Shown: positions 14,177-22,319 of the stretch, one piece after another
Layout: each line of letters begins with the position of its first letter
Position numbering within the stretch: position 1 is the first letter of the stretch
DNA from: an uncultured archaeon
GTDB lineage: Archaea > Asgardarchaeota > Lokiarchaeia > Sigyniarchaeales > SOKP01
Assembly (NCBI GenBank): GCA_964583985.1
Contig: CAZOYD010000023.1
Location: 18,887 to 42,886, forward strand
Reading direction: 5' to 3'
DNA length: 24,000 nucleotides
Made by a program: the position numbers and the translations under genes
Notes under the pieces: model-generated
Databases searched by the model: none
Seen by the model: only the letters and a program-made list of their open reading frames with translations
Told to the model about the DNA's origin: nothing

Positions 14177-15835
14177 CTACAACCACTTTATTACGTAAAG
14201 TGGCCACTTTTTTAAAACACCTTTAGGGTATTTCCCACTTCTGACCTTATCTAGCATTTCTGACCGAATTTTCAAGAAATCCACTGGATCTTCTTCAATC
14301 AATTGAATTCCTATCCCACCATCTAAAATACACTTTCTAAAATTATCATTCTTGACACAATTCAACAAAATTTCTTTAAAATTCTTTCGATTGATACATT
14401 CTGCTCCATAATTTGAATTCAATATTATCTTCCAGCTTTCATCTATACCCTTTTTGGGAGATACTAATAAAAGCAGATCAATATTTGATTTACTTTCAAT
14501 CCCTAAGCATTTTATTAACATGCGAGGATCTAAAATTTCAAAGGTATTAAAATTAAAGTAGTCACCGGCATAAACCGTATATCCTTTTTTTAAATGTAAA
14601 TTTTCAGAGATTTTTATTGGATATTTTAATTGAAATTCTGAACGCAAAATTTTACCGTTAATTTGAGGGAGAGCTTGTTGATTTACTAATTGGATAACAT
14701 CCCCAATATCTAAATTGATAAATACTTTAGTATCATCAAATCGAGATATTAGAAGCTTTCCAAATTTACTGTTACTATCGGAAATTAATTGTTTTTTTCC
14801 TTTATATTCTAGTACTGGTAAAGTTAAAGGAAATACGGTAAGAATATCTTTTTGTGAAATACCCTTAAGATCCTTATTTATTGTTGCTGCAAATGGTCCT
14901 GTCTCAGATGATACATATAAATTAGTAAATTTTTCTTCTCCTTTTTCCCATTTCATAAATTGACGGATTAAATCCCAATCTCTTGAAGATAATGAACTTA
15001 TACTAAAAATGAGAACTGCTTTTGATAATTTATTAGAAAGCAACTCCTGTATTTCTTTTGCGGCAGTTGTAACACCCTTTTTTTTAACTTTTAAGAGAAG
15101 TTTTTCTAACATCGGGTCAGGTTCAGGATCAACATCATTGAGGGATTTTTGTAACCCTATTTGGAATTTTTCTATATCTGCCCAACCAAGGATTGTAATT
15201 GCTGGAGCGGAAATTACAGAGATATCATTTAATGATAATATTTTTGCGATGATGTTGAGATTTTTTGAAAATTTATATTCGAAAAGAGTATAATTCGAAG
15301 GTTTCATTATTGCTAACATTAATCTCTGGGAGAATTCGGAAGAATATAGTGAGATAAAATTGGTATTTTCTGTATTATTTAATCCATCGATATCAAGCCT
15401 TGAAGGGATAAAAATTATTGCCGAGGATTTAGAATCCAATCCGCTCGATTCAAAAATTGCTTGCATTCCTGGTGCCCAATATAGTTTTACATTCTTTTTT
15501 GACATATGTAGCCATTTTAGCGAATTTATATCATTATTTGTAGTGCCTGAACTATGACATACAATTAAGGGTTCGGAACCATGAAAATTTGCGAGATAAT
15601 CATTAAGATCGATAGAAATTTTTTTAGAATCAGTTTTTTCTCTTTCTATTCTTTCAAAAATATCGGTTACTATAGCTAATCCTGAATTTTTTAAAATATA
15701 ATCAATATAATCTTCTTTTGATGAGATATCTAACCATTTTTTCCAATTGGTAGGTTGAATTTCAGAAAATATTTTATTAAAAAGCAATTGAACCTTGGGA
15801 TCAAAATCGTTTGATATCAATCTATTATCTTTCAC
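14177..15835 (-). CDS. divergent adenylate-forming enzyme (ANL/PaaK/F390-synthetase/GH3-like superfamily)
   Basis: 552 aa. LIVCHSSGTTNND resembles the [ST]SG[ST]TG phosphate-binding motif. LYVSSETGPFA resembles YGxTE. NLDIGDVIQL resembles the TGD motif. Motif order and spacing fit a two-domain acyl-adenylate enzyme. The substrate is unknown. Confidence 0.55.
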   Translation of the reverse strand: MKDNRLISNDFDPKVQLLFNKIFSEIQPTNWKKWLDISSKEDYIDYILKNSGLAIVTDIFERIEREKTDSKKISIDLNDYLANFHGSEPLIVCHSSGTTNNDINSLKWLHMSKKNVKLYWAPGMQAIFESSGLDSKSSAIIFIPSRLDIDGLNNTENTNFISLYSSEFSQRLMLAIMKPSNYTLFEYKFSKNLNIIAKILSLNDISVISAPAITILGWADIEKFQIGLQKSLNDVDPEPDPMLEKLLLKVKKKGVTTAAKEIQELLSNKLSKAVLIFSISSLSSRDWDLIRQFMKWEKGEEKFTNLYVSSETGPFAATINKDLKGISQKDILTVFPLTLPVLEYKGKKQLISDSNSKFGKLLISRFDDTKVFINLDIGDVIQLVNQQALPQINGKILRSEFQLKYPIKISENLHLKKGYTVYAGDYFNFNTFEILDPRMLIKCLGIESKSNIDLLLLVSPKKGIDESWKIILNSNYGAECINRKNFKEILLNCVKNDNFRKCILDGGIGIQLIEEDPVDFLKIRSEMLDKVRSGKYPKGVLKKWPLYVIKWL

Positions 15836-15897
15836 TATAATTTTTCTTATTGATAATAAACTTAAGACAAATTATAATCTTTACGTGCAATATTCAT

Positions 15898-17247
15898 TTA
15901 ACTTGCGAATTCCTCAATGATATCATAAATTTCTTCGATTAAGGAATTCATTTTTATCGTTTTTTGCTTTTCATTTTTCATATTCTTTATCGTAACTTCC
16001 TCTTGCTCCATCTCTTTAGATCCAATGATCAATGAAATCAATACCCCTAATTCATTGGCTTTACTTAATTGGTTTCCTAGATTATTAAATCTATAATCTA
16101 TAATGCAAGGAAAATCCTCATCACGAATTAATCTTGCCAGTTTAAGAGCATATTTTGAAACTTTATTATTAATTGAAGCAATGTAGATAGTATCAGAATA
16201 GTCTTTATTTCGGATTTCTTCTGGTATTAGATTATACGTTTTTAAGAATAAAGAAAGCATTAATGTTCCCATCCCAAATCCTGTTCCAGTAATTTTTTCA
16301 TCTGAGAATAGGTTAAGTAAATCATCATATCTCCCACCCCCAAAAATACTTCTCCTATTTTCTGTACCCATGTCAAATACTTCATATACTATCCCAGTAT
16401 AATAATCTAATCCTCGTACTACTTTGGGAGAAAAACTACAATATTTAGAGATGTTAGCATCATCCAAGAGCTTTATAAATTCATCGAGTTCTTTGTAACC
16501 TGCAGTATTGAAAAATGAATCTGGAATGGTATCAAAATTTGATAGTAGCTCTTTTAAACTTTTAGCATCTTTAATCTTTTTGATCCCTTGTATAATAGAT
16601 TCATCTTGGAAGGATTCGATGATAAATTTTTCAAATTCATCTGCTTCGATCTTATCAGATTTGTCTAGGATTTTATATATCACGGGTAGTTTGTCTTTAG
16701 GTACCTTTAAAACGATTTCACAAAGAGCATCTATAAATCTTCGATTGTTATAACAAATTTGAAATTGGTTCGGTTTGGCTCCAAATTGCTTGAAAATGTC
16801 AATAATTATGTTAAAGATTTCTAAATCAGCAAATAAACTCTCTTCTCCCAATATGTCGAAATTTATTTGCTTAAATTGTCTTTTACGTCCACGTTGAGGT
16901 CTTTCATACCTAAAACACGTCGGAATGGAAAACCATCTTATTGGTTTTTTAAGTTCTTGACTTTTTTTTGCAATCATTCGTGCTAAACTAGGAGTTAATT
17001 CCGGAATTAAGATGAGTCTTTCGCCTTCTTTTTTCTCAACAAAAAATGACTGTTCATTAACCAGTTCTTCAGATGATTTCGCGGCAAAAATTTCAATAGG
17101 TTCTAATTGCGGACTTTCGAATTCTTCGAAAGAGTACCGTTCAGCCACATCACGAATATTTTCAATAATCCAGTTAAGTTCTCTTAAATCATCCGGATAA
17201 TATTCTTCCATTCCTCGTAAAGGTTCTGTAGAAAATTTTTTAGACAT
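15898..17247 (-). CDS. hisS: histidine--tRNA ligase (class II HisRS)
   Basis: 449 aa. Motifs: RGMEEYYP, motif 2 CFRYERPQRGRKRQFKQINFDILG, His-specific GGGRYDDL, and a C-terminal anticodon-binding domain. Confidence 0.95.
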   Translation of the reverse strand: MSKKFSTEPLRGMEEYYPDDLRELNWIIENIRDVAERYSFEEFESPQLEPIEIFAAKSSEELVNEQSFFVEKKEGERLILIPELTPSLARMIAKKSQELKKPIRWFSIPTCFRYERPQRGRKRQFKQINFDILGEESLFADLEIFNIIIDIFKQFGAKPNQFQICYNNRRFIDALCEIVLKVPKDKLPVIYKILDKSDKIEADEFEKFIIESFQDESIIQGIKKIKDAKSLKELLSNFDTIPDSFFNTAGYKELDEFIKLLDDANISKYCSFSPKVVRGLDYYTGIVYEVFDMGTENRRSIFGGGRYDDLLNLFSDEKITGTGFGMGTLMLSLFLKTYNLIPEEIRNKDYSDTIYIASINNKVSKYALKLARLIRDEDFPCIIDYRFNNLGNQLSKANELGVLISLIIGSKEMEQEEVTIKNMKNEKQKTIKMNSLIEEIYDIIEEFAS

Positions 17248-17381
17248 GGTTTACAACTTGAGATCGTGAATAAGAATGTAAATAAGTGGTTTCAAATAAT
17301 TTTTTCGATTCTCACTAATTTAAATTCGATTTTATATTTTTAGTTATAATCGAATTAGATTTTTACACAGAGTGAATAGAA

Positions 17382-18461
17382 ATGGATGAGGAGTGGAAAT
17401 CAGACATATCAACCCCCGCACTTGTTTTAAATTATGATTTGATGTTAAAAAATATTAAAACAATGGCAAATTTTGTAAAAGATTCTGGTGTGAACTTGAG
17501 ACCTCATCTTAAAACTGCCAAGATGCCCATAATTGCTCATATGATATTAAAGGAAGGAGGGGCACATGGAATTGCTGTTGCGAAAGTAGGAGAAGCTGAA
17601 ATTTTTGCTCAATCTGGTATAGATGATATTTTAATAGCAAATCAGGTCATTGATTCCGAGCAAATTAAACGATTAGTTATGTTAAACAAATATGTGTTAG
17701 TACGATGTGCTGTTGATTCTAAAAAGAATATTATAGATTTGGGAAAATATGCAACTCATGCAAATATTGAACTCGAAGTGTTGCTTGAAATAAACTTAGG
17801 ACTGGGCAGAGCGGGTGTAGAGCCCGGTGAATCAGCTTTAGAATTAGCTAAATTTATACGAGATACTCCAGGAGTCAAATTAGTTGGATTACAAGGTTAT
17901 GAGGGTCACTTAACTCCAATGATGAATGTCGTACAAAGAGAAGCCATGACAAGGGAATGCATGGATTTGTTAATTGAGACAAAGAAATTGCTTAATGAAA
18001 ACGGTTTTGATATTAATTATATTTCAACATCGGGGTCTGCTACTTATATGCATGCGGCTATGTGTAATGGGATTACGGAAATTCAACCAGGAACTTATGT
18101 ATTTTCCGATGAACATCTATTTCGCGCCAATCCCATATTTGATATCGCAGTAACAGTATTGAGTACTGTTCAAAACCAAACTGGAAGAAGAGAATTCACG
18201 ATTGATGCCGGAACAAAATCAATTGCAACAGGAGACGGGAAACCAATTATCAAAAACTTTCCCAAAATTAAAATTCGAGTAATGAATGAAGAACACACTC
18301 AATTAAAAAGTATCGGTGCTGACTTAGAGATAGGGCAGAAAATTGAATTAATTCCCGCACATATTTGTCCGACAATCAATTTACATGATTACATACATGT
18401 AATAAAAAATAATGAATATTGTGGAAAGTGGGCTATTCTCGCTCGAGGTAAAAATTACTAA
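17382..18461 (+). CDS. PLP-dependent D-serine dehydratase / D-threonine aldolase-like enzyme (alanine-racemase-N fold, DSD1 family)
   Basis: 359 aa. TPALVLNYDLMLKNI, LRPHLKTAKMP (PLP-Lys motif RPHxKTxK), GIAVAKVGEAE, and the C-terminal NEEHTQL...LIPAHICPTINLHD. Confidence 0.8.
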   Translation: MDEEWKSDISTPALVLNYDLMLKNIKTMANFVKDSGVNLRPHLKTAKMPIIAHMILKEGGAHGIAVAKVGEAEIFAQSGIDDILIANQVIDSEQIKRLVMLNKYVLVRCAVDSKKNIIDLGKYATHANIELEVLLEINLGLGRAGVEPGESALELAKFIRDTPGVKLVGLQGYEGHLTPMMNVVQREAMTRECMDLLIETKKLLNENGFDINYISTSGSATYMHAAMCNGITEIQPGTYVFSDEHLFRANPIFDIAVTVLSTVQNQTGRREFTIDAGTKSIATGDGKPIIKNFPKIKIRVMNEEHTQLKSIGADLEIGQKIELIPAHICPTINLHDYIHVIKNNEYCGKWAILARGKNY

Positions 18462-18475
18462 AAAATAAGATATAG

Positions 18476-18868
18476 GTGAATAATAATAAAATGGTCGATT
18501 TAGAACACATAAATCCCGGTACCCCTGTTGCTGGACCATATAGTCCAGGAGTAAAAGTTGGAAATCTTTTATTCATATCAGGACAAGGTCCTAAACAAGG
18601 TGCTACAGAGATTAAAGAACAAACTTATAGTGTTTTAGAAAATATTAAAGCTATTGTTGAAGCAGCAGGAGGAAAAGTGGCAAACCTCGTACATATAAAG
18701 GTTTATTTGAGAGATATGAACGATTTTGGTAAAATGAATAGAACTTATAAGAAATTTTTCGAAGATAATGGCATAACTGATAATTTTCCTTCAAGATCTA
18801 CACTTGAAGTATCTGGTTTACCCGTAGCTTCAATGTTATTAGAGTTAGATGCCATAGCTTCAATATAA
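18476..18868 (+). CDS. ridA: RidA/YjgF/UK114-family reactive enamine/imine deaminase
   Basis: 130 aa. AGPYSPGVKVGNLLFISGQ, then KVYLRDMNDF, then PSRSTLEVSGLP. The start is GTG 18476 or ATG 18491. It lies 14 nt downstream of the PLP enzyme gene. Confidence 0.9.
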   Translation: MNNNKMVDLEHINPGTPVAGPYSPGVKVGNLLFISGQGPKQGATEIKEQTYSVLENIKAIVEAAGGKVANLVHIKVYLRDMNDFGKMNRTYKKFFEDNGITDNFPSRSTLEVSGLPVASMLLELDAIASI

Positions 18869-18915
18869 TTCTTTTTTTATTTTAATATAGCATTGAAGAT
18901 AAAAATTAGTATGGA

Positions 18916-19698
18916 TTAAAGTTTCATTTGTAATAGGTTCTGTAACCTTCTCTCTAAAGAAGGATGACGAGAGAAAAACGTATATCTAAATTTATTTTGC
19001 CTTTTTGTCGAATTATTTAAAATCCAGAAACTTTTCGAAACATCAATTACTTTAAACTTCGATTCAGAATGCTCCATAAAACATTTAACCATCTTTACTA
19101 AAGCTGATGCTAAAGAGAGAGGATCTTTCGTATACTGAACACTTTTAAGATCGGCTTGAATTTCTCTCGTACGAGAAAAATAGGAATCTAACAATACACC
19201 AAAAGGAATCCATAGGTATCGGCTTATTATACATGAAGCTTTAATCCAAATATCTTTATTATAAATATGAAAAAGTTCATGAAAAAGAACAGCAATAACT
19301 TCTTTCTTTTCTAAATTCTCAAATAAGCCAACTGATAAAACGATAGTATATTTCTTTGGATGATTGAATAAAGTAAACGCATTAGGCAACCCATCATCAA
19401 GCACTCCAATTTCTACTCTTTTTTTTATCTTTAAAGCTTTATTCCATTCTAAAATATAATCATAAAGTTCGGGACATAAATCATAAGTAAGAATGGTAAT
19501 TCCATTTCTTCTAATTATTGATTTGCCACCAATTATATACCAGAGAATACCAAGAAGGAAGAGAGTTATATAAAAGACAATCATAAAAAAAGCAACTTCA
19601 ATTTCAGAAAAAATAATTGGAAATATAATTGTAATTAGAACATATGTAATAGTAATTAAGTATAATAATAAATGTCTACTCTTCATCAGTTTTACCAT
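18916..19698 (-). CDS. BlaR1-like M56/M48 zinc metalloprotease (membrane, no extracellular sensor domain)
   Basis: 260 aa with N-terminal TM helices and the HExxH motif in LFHELFHIYNKD. It overlaps the 3' end of the BlaI-like gene. An alternative start at ATG 19686 gives an 11-nt overlap. Confidence 0.8.
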   Translation of the reverse strand: MVKLMKSRHLLLYLITITYVLITIIFPIIFSEIEVAFFMIVFYITLFLLGILWYIIGGKSIIRRNGITILTYDLCPELYDYILEWNKALKIKKRVEIGVLDDGLPNAFTLFNHPKKYTIVLSVGLFENLEKKEVIAVLFHELFHIYNKDIWIKASCIISRYLWIPFGVLLDSYFSRTREIQADLKSVQYTKDPLSLASALVKMVKCFMEHSESKFKVIDVSKSFWILNNSTKRQNKFRYTFFSRHPSLERRLQNLLQMKL

Positions 19699-20095
19699 TC
19701 TTAGATTGCTTTATTTGTTTCAATTCTTCTAACAAATTATTTAATTCTTCCTTATTATAGTTTTTAGAGATTTCTTGAATTATTTTCATTGAAGCTTTAT
19801 TCCCATAAGATTTTACAATTTGACTCGCTAAGTTTTCTGAAACTTTCTTTTCAAAACGACTTTTTATCTCTTTTACCTTATAAATATAAAATAAACCACC
19901 CTTACCCTTATTAACTTCCCGAGATAAAAAACCCTTATTGAATAATCGATTCAATGTCGTGCTAATAGTAGTTAGAGCAATTTCTCTCTCTTTATTAAGA
20001 GTTTCATATATTTTTCTTACTGTTGATGACTTATTTGACCACATAATTTGCATAATTGCAAGTTCTAATGGTCCTAGTTCAGATTTTACTGCCAT
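19676..20095 (-). CDS. BlaI/MecI/CopY-family winged-helix transcriptional repressor
   Basis: 139 aa. LGPLELAIMQIMWSNKSSTVRKIYETLNKEREIALTTISTTLNRLFNKGFLSRE matches the Penicillinase_R pattern. The C-terminus is a coiled-coil. Confidence 0.85.
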   Translation of the reverse strand: MAVKSELGPLELAIMQIMWSNKSSTVRKIYETLNKEREIALTTISTTLNRLFNKGFLSREVNKGKGGLFYIYKVKEIKSRFEKKVSENLASQIVKSYGNKASMKIIQEISKNYNKEELNNLLEELKQIKQSKNGKTDEE

Positions 20096-20183
20096 ATATT
20101 AATCCTCATTTGATCAAAAAATGTGTCTTTTCTATTTCTTTTTGTTGTTCTATTGTAATAAATGTTTCTATTGCAGTAGTAAC

Positions 20184-20192
20184 TTTTATAAA
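20184..20192 (+). promoter_or_regulatory. TATA-box-like element (TTTTATAAA) in the divergent blaI / ABC-operon control region
   Basis: This palindromic TATA-like 9-mer lies ~70 bp upstream of the small ORF and ~90 bp upstream of blaI. TATTACA x2 follows at 20203..20217. Confidence 0.3.
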
Positions 20193-20262
20193 GAGATAAA
20201 GATATTACACTATTACAGTCGAAGTATCGATTTAATAAATAGTTAAATTAAAAGGTGAAAAA

Positions 20263-20496
20263 ATTATTTCTTTACCAATTGAAATAATAATACCTTTACT
20301 TCCATTATTAATTGCACAAATATTTTTTGTTATATTATGTATTATAAGTGTAGTAAATAATAAAGAAAAATCCAGGAATTATAAAATCGTTTGGCCCGAA
20401 ATTATTGCCTATATTTCATTTATTAACCCAATGCTTTACTACTTCTTAGGATGGGAAAAAATAGAGTTAAATAATATATTTATAAAAAGTGATTGA
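20263..20496 (+). CDS. unlisted small 2-TM membrane protein (PLD-nuclease-N/'PLDc_N'-like), apparent non-canonical ATT start
   Basis: The frame is open from 20239 to TGA 20494..20496. Translation: IISLPIEIIIPLLPLLIAQIFFVILCIISVVNNKEKSRNYKIVWPEIIAYISFINPMLYYFLGWEKIELNNIFIKSD (TM, basic loop with K-x-x-W, TM, YYxxG). A strong SD, AGGTGA (20253..20258), lies 4-7 nt before ATT 20263/20266. The only in-frame ATG is near the 3' end (20431), and there is no in-frame GTG or TTG. The stop overlaps the ABC start region (TGAAATG). Confidence 0.4.
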   Translation: MISLPIEIIIPLLPLLIAQIFFVILCIISVVNNKEKSRNYKIVWPEIIAYISFINPMLYYFLGWEKIELNNIFIKSD

Positions 20497-21457
20497 AATG
20501 AATTCAAACAAGACAAATGAATTAATCGAGTTTCAAAATGTATCTAAGAACTATAAGAATCTATTAGCACTTGATAAAATTTCATTCATAATAAACAAGG
20601 GAGATGTTTTTGGATATATAGGACCAAATGGAGCTGGTAAAACTACTACAATAAAGATTATTGTAGGATTAATTAGAGATTATAGTGGTATAGTTTACTT
20701 TAATGGGAAGGATATATCCAAAAATCATTATCTAATCCATAAATTTATAGGTTATCATCCGCAAGATGCGGGATTTCAAGATTGGAGGACTGTAAACCAT
20801 GTTATGTATACATTCGGGTTATTATCTGGTCTAAAGGGTAATGTTTTGGAGGATAAAATCCAAAAGACTTTAGATTTTGTTAATCTATTAGATGAGAGGA
20901 ACAAAAAAGTAAAATATTTGTCAGGAGGAACGCTTCAAAAATTAAGGTTAGCCCAAGCTCTTATCAATGAACCTGAGATTTTAATACTTGATGAGCCATT
21001 ATCCGGTTTAGATCCGTCTAGCAGGTATCAGATTAAGAATCTAATAAAATTATTAAGCAAGCAGGGAAAAACTATCTTATTTTCTTCTCATATCCTCTCA
21101 GATGTTCAAGATGTAGCCAATAAAGTTGGAATATTGAATCGAGGAAAAATATTACGTATAGGAACACCTGAAGAACTGCAAAATGAATTCAATATTGGAA
21201 ATGAAATTGAAATTGAATATGCTAATGATAATGAAATATTTCTGAACATAGATTCACTCGCATGCATTCAAACTATTGATAAATTAGCATCTTATAAACA
21301 AGTTTTACATTTAAAACCAGAGTTCAATTTAGATAGTGCAATTAATCAAATTTTAAGTTTTTTAATCCATAATAAATCCAAAATTCGAAATTTCAGGACT
21401 ATTAAACCAAGCTTAGAAGATGTATATTTAAAATATGTAAAAGGTGATAATCAATGA
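20489..21457 (+). CDS. ABC transporter ATP-binding protein (ABC-2/DrrA-type exporter ATPase)
   Basis: Walker A GPNGAGKTTT, Q-loop, signature LSGGTLQKL, Walker B ILILDEPLSGLD and H-loop SSHIL. The likely true start is ATG 20498. Confidence 0.9.
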   Translation: MIEMNSNKTNELIEFQNVSKNYKNLLALDKISFIINKGDVFGYIGPNGAGKTTTIKIIVGLIRDYSGIVYFNGKDISKNHYLIHKFIGYHPQDAGFQDWRTVNHVMYTFGLLSGLKGNVLEDKIQKTLDFVNLLDERNKKVKYLSGGTLQKLRLAQALINEPEILILDEPLSGLDPSSRYQIKNLIKLLSKQGKTILFSSHILSDVQDVANKVGILNRGKILRIGTPEELQNEFNIGNEIEIEYANDNEIFLNIDSLACIQTIDKLASYKQVLHLKPEFNLDSAINQILSFLIHNKSKIRNFRTIKPSLEDVYLKYVKGDNQ

Positions 21458-22116
21458 ATTTAAGAATCTTATTTGTTGATGAGTTAAAGGGTTTTTATAA
21501 GTCAAAAGTAATGTTGATATTATGGTTTGGAATGCCTTTCTTAACATTATTAATGCATTTCTTAAATCCAGATTTAGGAGAACTGCCTGTCTCAATTTTA
21601 GTAGCACTCCTAATTTCTAGTATAGGTGGAACCCTTTCAGCCGCCCTTCTTAGCACTTCAATAGCAAATGAAAAATCGCATCATGTTTATGATTTATTCT
21701 TAGTAAAACCAGTTTCAAGATATTCGATTCTGCTCGCAAAATATTTTGCAGTATACTTATGTTTGATTATTGCTACAGGAATATCACTTATAACAGGATT
21801 AATCATTGATACATGTACCTCTGGCAGTTTACCCGAGTATATAATACAAAATACTTTAGATTCTCTTTCCGTTAGTTTAGCGGCTATGTCAATTTCTTGT
21901 TCTATAGGAATATTTTTTGGAATCTTAGTATCGTCTGTTCCAGTAGCAGTTATTTTATCAGTATATATTGGCAATCAGGTATCTGCAGTTTCAATATTAA
22001 CAACTACTTTCATCGACTTTATTAATCCTTCTATGTTTTCAATAATTATAGGGGTCATTACTACAGTGCTATTTATTGGAATATCAATAATCGTTTTCAA
22101 TCGAAAACAATTTTAA
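21454..22116 (+). CDS. ABC-2-type transporter permease (6 TM)
   Basis: 220 aa and hydrophobic. Its ATG overlaps the ATPase stop (ATGA at 21454..21457), which suggests translational coupling. Confidence 0.75.
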   Translation: MNLRILFVDELKGFYKSKVMLILWFGMPFLTLLMHFLNPDLGELPVSILVALLISSIGGTLSAALLSTSIANEKSHHVYDLFLVKPVSRYSILLAKYFAVYLCLIIATGISLITGLIIDTCTSGSLPEYIIQNTLDSLSVSLAAMSISCSIGIFFGILVSSVPVAVILSVYIGNQVSAVSILTTTFIDFINPSMFSIIIGVITTVLFIGISIIVFNRKQF

Positions 22117-22319
22117 CTTTTGAAAAAATTAGTTTTTTTTATCAAAATAAAATTGATATAAATCCTCTTTATTTTAGGATAAACAAACACAAGATTTACT
22201 TTAGAATATCTATTTACAGAAAGCTTTAAACTATTTTAAAGTATATGAAGAAGTACTTAAATCAGTACCTAAATATTTATTTAATAATAAAAAAAATTTA
22301 AAAAAAGGGATTAAAAATC

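Noticed and set aside
278-21974. Track ORFs antisense to, or out of frame with, larger well-supported genes: 278..493, 2270..2527, 3084..3275, 3735..3980, 4592..4819, 4921..5115, 6691..6912, 7390..7590, 9788..9979, 10480..10776, 11031..11252, 11862..12077, 14715..14963, 15009..15293, 15360..15557, 16508..16753, 17012..17200, 21687..21974
   Set aside because: Each lies within or overlaps a longer ORF with clear family motifs, mostly on the opposite strand (4921..5115 also overlaps the 3' end of 4536..4976 out of frame). Their translations are low-complexity S/F/I/L-rich, as expected from shadow frames of AT-rich coding DNA. None has a recognisable motif.
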